This document shows, piece by piece, positions 55,620-64,000 of a stretch of 64,000 nucleotides of DNA (position 1 is its first letter; each line of letters starts with the position of its first letter). Under the pieces are notes generated by a model. The model saw only the letters and a list, made by a program, of their open reading frames with translations. It was not told the origin of the DNA and made no database searches. The stretch comes from Octopus vulgaris (taxonomy: Eukaryota). The position numbers were made by a program, and so were the translations under genes. The stretch is taken from the NCBI GenBank assembly GCA_951406725.2, contig OX597824.1, positions 12,400,001-12,464,000 of the forward strand, read 5' to 3'.

Positions 55620-56090
55620 ATGGAGACTGAAGATGCATCATCGATGATTTATTTAGCTTATACGCGTTTCGAATAGCCTGGCAAAATGCAAGTGTTGCAC
55701 ATTGCAGTGTGCATGCTTAATTGATCATTTAAATTGCCAGAAATACAGACCGGTGGTTGTGAAGCTATTGTTTTCAAAGCCAGAATGCTTTTGCCAAATT
55801 TTATATTCATTGAGATGATATGGAAACGGGATTTACAAGTAGTATATACTTGACAGTGGCTTCCATTTTATTGTTCATTGCTTATTTTTTATAGTAAAAG
55901 GAGGTTTACAAAATTTGGGAGAAGCATTGTCGGCTTTGAATAGCTTGGTAGCTGTATTTCTGGCAATTTAATCGAATAAATAAATGATCGATTAGATATG
56001 CATAATGCAACGAGCTGCGCTTGTATTGTGCCAAGCTATTCGAAACGTCTGTAAGGTAAATAAACCTTTGATAATGCAGTTTCAACTTTC
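55620..56090. repeat. diverged long inverted repeat (foldback remnant)
   Basis: cgtttcgaatagcctggca/tgccaagctattcgaaacg and taaattgccagaaatacag/ctgtatttctggcaattta arm pairs. Confidence 0.75.
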
Positions 56091-56782
56091 ATTTATCTTT
56101 TTTTATATTTTGAAATTTGAACAAATTTTGCCTGTTTTCCAGTCATATGACGATGGAGAGTCAAGTAGAAAAACGAAAGGTTTTATCTGACAACTCAATA
56201 TCTTACTAGTGTGTAAGATAATCACTGTTTTGCGGAGTTATCTTTGGAGCACGGATTTAGAACAGATATTAAATACAGTTTACAAATGTAAAAGCACGAA
56301 GTGAGTGTTTTGTTGCGAGTTTATCCCAATGAGACACTATATTTGTCGGCGTATATGGGGCGCTTCTTTTTATTTAAATGTAAATGTATCGAAATGCTGT
56401 CCTGTGTCTAATGCATCCATATCAAGGGTTAGAAAATGTGTTTTGCACGTGGCCTTAGGGAGCCTGATAAGTATAAATCTGCCAGGCCAAATAATTGTTA
56501 CTAATAACAGAATATTGAAAACAAGCCAAATTATCTCAGCCTGTTAGCATAAACTTACGAAAAGATGCTTACAGTACTCTAGCACTTATGTAGGAAGATC
56601 ACATAACTTCATCATACTCTCTTCCCCAGTGTACATAACCCACTGCTGATATATGTCATACTTTATTTAATTACTGTTATATTTAGGAAAACATTTTTCT
56701 AATATACATGAAAATTCTCCTTGAAAGATGATTGCAATATTAAACTTTCATCCATGGATTAGCTATTTGCAATGAATGGATG

Positions 56783-58381
56783 ACATACCCTTTCGAAGAT
56801 CCGCTCGTAACTAACAGTGCCAACAAACCCAAATAAGCAAGCGAAGAATTTCTGTTCTCCCCTTTCCACCAGCGTGGGTTAAAATCATCAAACACTATGC
56901 TTATTTCGGTAAAATCCGAAGCATTAATTAGAGGGAGATTAATTATAATTTCAACAATTGAGGGTAAAATTAATTAATTATTAATCAATTTCACCAAGTG
57001 TTCAGTATGCAAAGGGACCATTTAAGGCGAATTCAAATTATTACATTATATAAAAGGGCTTAGTAAAATAAATTACTTTGCCGCATACTGAACTCATTAG
57101 AAATAGCAGCTAAAAAACTTTTTTAAAGCTATTTCTAATACTTAAAGAAAATCTCTCTCATATATAGTGTTTGCTTAATTCAACTCACAAAAGTTTGGGG
57201 GTAAGGACATCAAAAAATCGAATGCTAAGGTTATTTGAGAACGTACGTTTCAAGATTAGTCAAAACAACATTTCTATCATCAGCTCAGAAACTCCTTGGT
57301 TTGGATTTGGAAACACTGAAAGTAAGAACATACCCTTTCGAAGATCCGCTCGTAACTAACAGTGCCAACAAACCCAAATAAGCAAGCGAAGAATTTCTGT
57401 TCTCCCCTTTCCACCAGCGTGGGTTAAAATCATTAAACACTATGCTTATTTCGGTAAAATCCGAAGCATTAATTAGAGGGAGATTAATTAGAGAGAGTTT
57501 CTGAGCTGATGATAGAAATGTTGTTTTGACTAATCTTGAAACGTACGTTCTCAAATAACCTTAGCATTCGATTTTTTGATGTCCTTACCCCAAACTTTTG
57601 TGAGTTGAATTAAGCAAACACTATATATGAGAGAGATTTTCTTTAAGTATTAGAAATAGCTTTAAAAAAGTTTTTTAGCTGCTATTTCTAATGAGTTCAG
57701 TATGCGGCAAAGTAATTTATTTTACTAAGCCCTTTTATATAATGTAATAATTTGAATTCGCCTTAAATGGTCCCTTTGCATACTGAACACTTGGTGAAAT
57801 TGATTAATAATTAATTAATTTTACCCTCAATTGTTGAAATTATAATTAATCTCCCTCTAATTAATGCTTCGGATTTTACCGAAATAAGCATAGTGTTTGA
57901 TGATTTTAACCCACGCTGGTGGAAAGGGGAGAACAGAAATTCTTCGCTTGCTTATTTGGGTTTGTTGGCACTGTTAGTTACGAGCGGATCTTCGAAAGGG
58001 TATGTTCTTACTTTCAGTGTTTCCAAATCCAAACCAAGGAGTTTCTGAGCTGATGATAGAAATGTTGTTTTGACTAATCTTGAAACGTACGTTCTCAAAT
58101 AACCTTAGCATTCGATTTTTTGATGTCCTTACCCCCAAACTTTTGTGAGTTGAATTAAGCAAACACTATATATGAGAGAGATTTTCTTTAAGTATTAGAA
58201 ATAGCTTTAAAAAAGTTTTTTAGCTGCTATTTCTAATGAGTTCAGTATGCGGCAAAGTAATTTATTTTACTAAGCCCTTTTATATAATGTAATAATTTGA
58301 ATTCGCCTTAAATGGTCCCTTTGCATACTGAACACTTGGTGAAATTGATTAATAATTAATTAATTTTACCCTCAATTGTTG

Positions 58382-58387
<6 letters not shown>
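56783..58387. mobile_element. young Penelope/retrozyme-like 545-bp monomer in tandem and inverted arrangement with three hammerheads
   Basis: A(56783-56945)B(56946-57294)C(57295-57327)A(57328-57490), then rcB(57495-57842)rcA(57843-58005)rcC(58006-58038)rcB(58039-58387), then (TA)n; HHRs at 57236-57287(-), 57502-57553(+), 58046-58097(+). Confidence 0.8.
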
Positions 58388-58389
<2 letters not shown>

Positions 58390-58437
<48 letters not shown>

Positions 58438-58645
58438 CGTGTGTATGTGTTTGTCTCCCCAACATCGCTCAACAACCGATGCTGGTGTGTTTACGTCCCC
58501 GTAACTTAGCGGTTCGGCAAAAGAGACTGAAAGAATAAGTACTAGGCTTACAAAGAATAAGTCCTGGGGTCGATTTGCTCAACTAAAGGCGGTGCTCTAG
58601 CTTGATCGCAGCCAAATGACTGAAACAAGTAAAAGAGCAAAAGAA
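58390..58645 (+). mobile_element. CORE-like SINE 3' half
   Basis: Family homology. Confidence 0.9.
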
Positions 58646-59139
58646 CTACCAAGCAAAGTAGAGCTTTTCTTTTTGGGAAGAAGAGAAGCGGAAAAAAGTG
58701 GGGGACGAATTCCGATCAAAAGGGATCGTGAAAAAAATTAAAGTGGGGCCGATCAATAGGGATCGTGAAGTCAATAGTACACACGACATCCGTCATTTTC
58801 ATTTTGTCTGAAAATATTTTTATGGCGCGGTGTTGATAGTTACAAAATATGAAAGCTAATATACAGACTATCTGAATAGGATCTCTGGTAAACTTTCATA
58901 AATGTATTACTTTAATCCCTGTGTACTGGAATGATAAGATGATAATGTATTTTATACAAAGTAATGATAACCCTTAATTAGCTAATGGAATTAACTTCTC
59001 TGGCTTTTTATTTTCATTTGCAAACAACTGAGTTTTCTCTTCTTCAATACATGTTGAAGTTCGCTAGAAGATCTGTCGGCTGATATCACTTTAGCTGGAA
59101 CAATCAACAATATTCTCAAATTAGCTTTTATGTTTTATA

Positions 59140-59495
59140 TTTCATTTGGTTTCCGCCATTGAACTGCTGCCATGCTAAGGCACGGCCTTGAACGGTTTTT
59201 TGTTGAAAATATTTGAAAACCCGAATCCAGTACTTATTTGAAAGTCTACTGCTTATCAGGCTCTTTTGTTAAACCGCTAAATTACAGAGACGTAAACAGA
59301 CCAACACAACACCGGTTGTCAAGAAATAACGGGGGCCAAACATACGTACACACACATGCATGAATGTACATACGGCGGGTTTCTACACAGTTTCCGTCTA
59401 TCAAATTTACTTACAAGATTCTGATCAATCCGAGGATGAGAAGACTCGCGGGACGACTCGAAACCGCTTGATTGCAAACTGAGCTTCTTAACCTG
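59140..59495 (-). mobile_element. old CORE-like SINE
   Basis: Diverged family homology. Confidence 0.65.
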
Positions 59496-59536
59496 AAATA
59501 TGTTACCTAATTTGCAGTTAGTTCATAAATTCAACG

Positions 59537-59790
59537 TGGAGGCGCGTGGCTTAGTGGTTAGGGTGTCAGCACCGTGATCGTAAGATTGTGGTTTCGGTTC
59601 CTGGACCGTGCAATGCGTTGTGTTCTTGAGCAAAACACTTCATTTCACGTTGCTCCAGTCCACTCAGCTGGCAAAAATGAGTAACGCTGCGATGGACTGG
59701 CGTCCCATCCAGCTGGAGAAAACATACGCCACTGAACCCGGGAAACCGGGCCCATGAGCCTGGCTAGGTTTTAAAAGGGCGCATTTATTT
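59537..59790 (+). mobile_element. tRNA-derived SINE, head type B with tail Y (V-domain-like)
   Basis: ggaggcgcgtggcttagtggttaggg head; ctgcgatggactggcgtcccatccag; (TTTA)n tail. Confidence 0.88.
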
Positions 59791-60383
59791 TATTTATTAT
59801 TAATAAATTCAACAATTCTAAAGGTTTCAGTTTCGGTTTTTCAAAATTTGATTTATACACTGCCAGTTACTATAGACATTGCATTCCCGTTTCAAAATCA
59901 TAAGTGGAAACGTCTGTAGAATACCAGTACGCCGACGCTTCCAATTTTCTTTCTTGACTCACTTTTAGCCATTGTGGAAAAATTCCAAAACAAATCAAAA
60001 TATGAAGCTCTTTTTATTTCCGGGAAGGTGAGACTTTACCTGGTAGAGATGAGTTATCTCTCTTAAAATGTAAAAAAATATACGGATAAATGTAATTAAA
60101 AAAAAAATGAAACGATAAAGAAAAAGGATCGATAAAAGAATAATGAAAAAATCGAAGATTAAAAGAAATAACTGAAAATTAGAATAAATGTAGATACGAG
60201 AGAGATCGATGACTCAATAATAAGAAACAGAACAAACGGAGACCAAGGAGAGAGTAACGCAAAGAGATCGATTGCTTATATTCACTACTCGTCCTTCTAT
60301 TATCGATGTATCGATCTTGAGATTACATTGTACTTACTTCGCCCTATTTTCAATTATCCTTCTTCGATTTACCCTTCTACCCT

Positions 60384-60578
60384 TTTACTTGTTTCAGTCA
60401 TTTGACTGCGGCCATGCTGGGGCACCGCCTTTAATCGAGCAACTCGAACCCGGGACTTATTCTTTTGTAAGCCCAGTACTTATTCTATCGGTCTCTTTTG
60501 CCGAACCGCTAAGTGACGGGGACATAAACACACCAGCATCGATTGTCAAGCAATGCTAGGGGGACAAACACAGACACA

Positions 60579-60656
<78 letters not shown>

Positions 60657-60755
60657 CATATATACGATAGGCTTCTTTCAGGTTCCGTCTACCAAATCCA
60701 TTCACAAGGCTTTGGTCGGCCTGAGGTTATAGTAGAAGACACTTACCCAAGGTGT
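60384..60755 (-). mobile_element. CORE-like long SINE (5'-truncated)
   Basis: Family homology. Confidence 0.9.
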
Positions 60756-61065
60756 TTCATTATCTTTTAAATTTCTTTTCATTTTCTTGTCATTGACAGT
60801 TCAGACATTTAAGGGGAAATAACTTGTCACTCCCACTTAAGAACTGTGTATGAATATTAAACAGTTCACTATTTTTATGAACTATATTTTCAAGACATGA
60901 TTGAATAAACCAAGTCATGGCCTGATTAAATACTGTTATAGCAAGAAAGTAATAGTATCCACGATGGATAATCTTCAATTTGTATTACTTTATCTATCTC
61001 TCTCTCTTTCTTTTTTATTTCCCTTTTATTTAATTTTCTTTTATTAACTAAGTAAGGCATGACAG

Positions 61066-61332
61066 TGAAGGCGTATGGCTCAGTGGTTAGATCGTCGGGC
61101 TCACGATCATGAAGTAGTGAGTTCGATTCCCGGACCGGGCTGTGAGTTGTGTTCTTGAGCAAGACACTTTATTTCACGTTGCTCCATTTCACCCAGCTGC
61201 AGAAATGAGTTACGACGTCACAGGTGCCAAGATGTATCAGCCCTTTGCCTTTACCATGGATAACATCAGGGGCATTAGGAGGGGAAGCTGGTATGCATGG
61301 GCGACTGCTGGTCTTCTATAAACAACCTAGCC
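61066..61332 (+). mobile_element. tRNA-derived SINE, head type B with another tail
   Basis: Head and core homologous to 59537-59680. Confidence 0.82.
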
Positions 61333-61398
61333 CGTCCACTCTAGTGGAGTCTTCAAATTGAACTGCAGTTCAATTTGAAGACTCCACTAGAGTGGACG
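61333..61398. repeat. perfect 66-bp palindrome, no spacer
   Basis: cgtccactctagtggagtcttcaaattgaactg|cagttcaatttgaagactccactagagtggacg. Confidence 0.95.
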
Positions 61399-61535
61399 AA
61401 AGCGCCAATATATGATATATGATTTATAAGAACATGTAACATACTACGAAATATCTGTAAATATAAAACCACCCAGATTTCTGAGTACCTCATTTCTTCT
61501 AATATATAATACCTGTACATCATCTCCAAACCTTG

Positions 61536-61602
<67 letters not shown>

Positions 61603-61919
61603 TATATATATTATATTGAGGGTACTACTATTCGTAGATACCACACGCTAAGAGGGACCAATGCGGTCAAAACTACTAAAATAAACAAAATTTTACCGAA
61701 TGCAAAACTTCAAAGCAAATCATTTAAAAAAAGAATTTAGTTACATATCATCTGTGATTTCGCAAATTAATGCAGAATATGCATTCCATGTTCATCAGTG
61801 CAACAAACTCAAGATATATAATAAAAAACATAACGTTACAAGCTCGATAGCCAACCGTAGGATTCGTCGTAGCATGTACGAATGTTTATCTTTACATATC
61901 TATGAAAATGGCGGGCTTA

Positions 61920-61988
<69 letters not shown>

Positions 61989-62003
61989 ATGAATTAGGTA
62001 CTT

Positions 62004-62272
62004 GAGGTAGTAATGCAGTACGATCGTTTCATGCAACTCGATTTAATTGAACAATGTAATCATTACATCAATTTAAATGCGGAGCAATCCTCAGCTGCAT
62101 AAATACATAGAATTAAACAAATGGATTAATTCAATTTAATTTTCTGTCTTTATACAACTGAGGATTGCTCTGCATTGAAATTGATGTAATGATTGCACTG
62201 TTCAATTAAATGGAGTTGCTTGAAACGATTGCACTGCATTACCTCTGTATATCCTTGTTGCTTAGTTTGATT
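62004..62272. mobile_element. inverted Penelope-like repeat with hammerheads (intact 62014-62099 -, decayed 62153-62238 +)
   Basis: Minus strand TGCAG-CTGAGGA-tTGC..long stem II..GCAt-GAAA-C(GATC)G-TA-CTGCA. Confidence 0.75.
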
Positions 62273-62292
62273 ATATATATATATATATATAT

Positions 62293-62807
62293 TTCTGCCC
62301 TCTTTCTCCCTCCCTCTTCCCCTTCCCTCTGCTCCCTCACTCCCTCTCTCCCCTTCTCTCTCCCCCTCTCCCTCCCCCTCTCCCTCCCCCTCTCCCTCTT
62401 TCCTCCTTCATCCCCCTCCTCCCCAATCCTCTCCTCTTCCCCCTCTCCTCCCCCTCTTCTTCCCCTCCCCTTCTCTCCCCCCTCTTCTCCCCCCCCTCTT
62501 CTCCCCCCTCTTCTCCTCACTACACCACATGACTTTACACATCACATCACATATGATGTGCCATACTAATACACACACCAACTAATACATACTAATACGT
62601 ACTAATACATACTAGTACATACTAATACATACACCAACCCTATACATACACACGTCCAGACCCCGCATACGCACTTATACTCTCTCATACACACACACAC
62701 ACACTTATACATACCAATACGTACTAATACATACTAATACCTACTAATACATACACCAACCCCATACATACGCACGTCCAGACCAATCCTACGCACTAAT
62801 ACTCTCT

Positions 62808-62844
<37 letters not shown>

Positions 62845-62905
62845 ATACATACTAATACATACACCAACCCTATACATACACACATCCAGACCCCTCCTAC
62901 GCACT
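62293..62905. repeat. pyrimidine-rich tract followed by a degenerate about 120-bp minisatellite (3 copies)
   Basis: C/T tract 62293-62520; atacatacaccaaccc..tccagacc repeated near 62625, 62746 and 62855. Confidence 0.8.
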
Positions 62906-63009
62906 ATTAGCTGGTCCCTCAACCCTTTTATCCACCCTATTATCTCCCCTTATTTCGCTCTCGCGTCTCATGTTTGATCTTTGACCTCTGGCCGAAATCA
63001 GATCGCCAT

Positions 63010-63211
63010 GTTGATTCGTTAGCTACTGCACGCATTTTTTTCTCTCCTTCTTTCTGTGTTTTTCTCTCTCTGTGTATCTTTCTGTTGAAGAGCGTAGGCT
63101 CGAAACGTTAAAGACTTGTTTTATTTATATTTCCTGAGCGCCATACTAATACAATTGTTCGTTTGTTTTCCACCTGCCTTCGTCTTTTGTTTATTTTCAT
63201 AAAGCTTTCCG

Positions 63212-63215
<4 letters not shown>
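63010..63215 (+). mobile_element. Penelope-like pLTR remnant with hammerhead-like motif (63077-63114)
   Basis: TCTTT-CTGTTGA-A-GAGC(gtag)GCTC-GAAA-CG-TT-AAAGA; ends at (TA)n. Confidence 0.65.
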
Positions 63216-63250
<35 letters not shown>

Positions 63251-63253
63251 TAT

Positions 63254-63475
63254 AGGCGTAGGAGTGGCTGTGTGGTAAGTAGCTTGCTTATCAATCACAT
63301 GGTTCTGGGTTCAGTCCCACTGCGTGGCACCTTCGGCAAGCGTCTTCTACTATAGCCTCGAGCCGACCAAAGCCTTGTGAGTGGATTTGGTAGACGAAAA
63401 CTGAAAAGAAGCCCGTCGTATATATGTATGTATATGTGTGTGTATGTGTATGTTTGTGTGTCTGTGTTTTGTCCT
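63254..63475 (+). mobile_element. CORE-like SINE 5' half
   Basis: Family homology; joined to a mariner MITE end at 63473-63527. Confidence 0.9.
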
Positions 63476-63532
63476 CCTGTATTTTCTTTTAACCAAAGCC
63501 AGGAACTTTTCAGCATCCCCTCGTGTGTATAC

Positions 63533-63611
<79 letters not shown>

Positions 63612-63622
63612 TATATATATAT

Positions 63623-63681
<59 letters not shown>

Positions 63682-63745
63682 ATGCGGATAAACAAATTAA
63701 ATATATTAAATATAATAGCTTGGGTATGAAATGCAATATATATAT

Positions 63746-64000
63746 GGAGTGGCTGTGTGGTAAGTAGCTTATTTACCAACCACATGGTTCCGGGTTCAGT
63801 CCCACTGCGTGGCATCTTGGGCAAGTGTCTTCTACTATAGCCTCGGGCCGACCAAAGCCTTGTGAGTGGATTTGGTAGACGGAAACTGAAAGAAGCTCGT
63901 CGTATATATGTATATATATATATGCGTGTGTGTGTTTGTGTGTCTGTGTTTGTCCCCCCAACATCGCTTGACAACCGATGCAGGTGTGTTTACGTCCCCG
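63746..64000 (+). mobile_element. CORE-like long SINE (runs off the window)
   Basis: Family homology. Confidence 0.9.

Noticed and set aside
57171-58162. Identical 62-aa ORFs on opposite strands (and mirrored ORFs at 51262/51300)
   Set aside because: A by-product of inverted repeats; no recognisable domain.

Overview
Eukaryotic, AT-rich, repeat-saturated window with very dense microsatellites. The SINE/LINE families present point, from recall, to a coleoid cephalopod, most likely Octopus. I find no intact protein-coding gene; almost all listed ORFs are microsatellite or SINE read-through. Content: (i) dozens of tRNA-derived SINEs from about four families, including MetaSINE-type copies inserted as 184-185-bp head-to-tail multimers inside one target-site duplication (TSD); (ii) LINE remnants: CR1-like 3' ends, two R4/Dong-like RLE fragments embedded in (CATA)n, an RTE-like 5' end with a 164-bp tandem repeat, and old APE/RT relics; (iii) DNA transposon derivatives: mariner, pogo, hAT-type MITEs, a 9-bp-TSD MITE and a complete non-autonomous Helitron; (iv) a TE-free, CpG-enriched promoter-like island at about 5.4-6.4 kb. 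The most notable hidden signal is more than a dozen minimal type-I hammerhead-ribozyme (HHR) motifs from several unrelated Penelope-like/retrozyme-like families, often in palindromes and with core variants. One sits in a very young 545-bp circularly permuted, HHR-delimited monomer arranged as tandem plus inverted copies (56783-58387). All family names are from recall and manual alignment, not database searches, and most boundaries are approximate.
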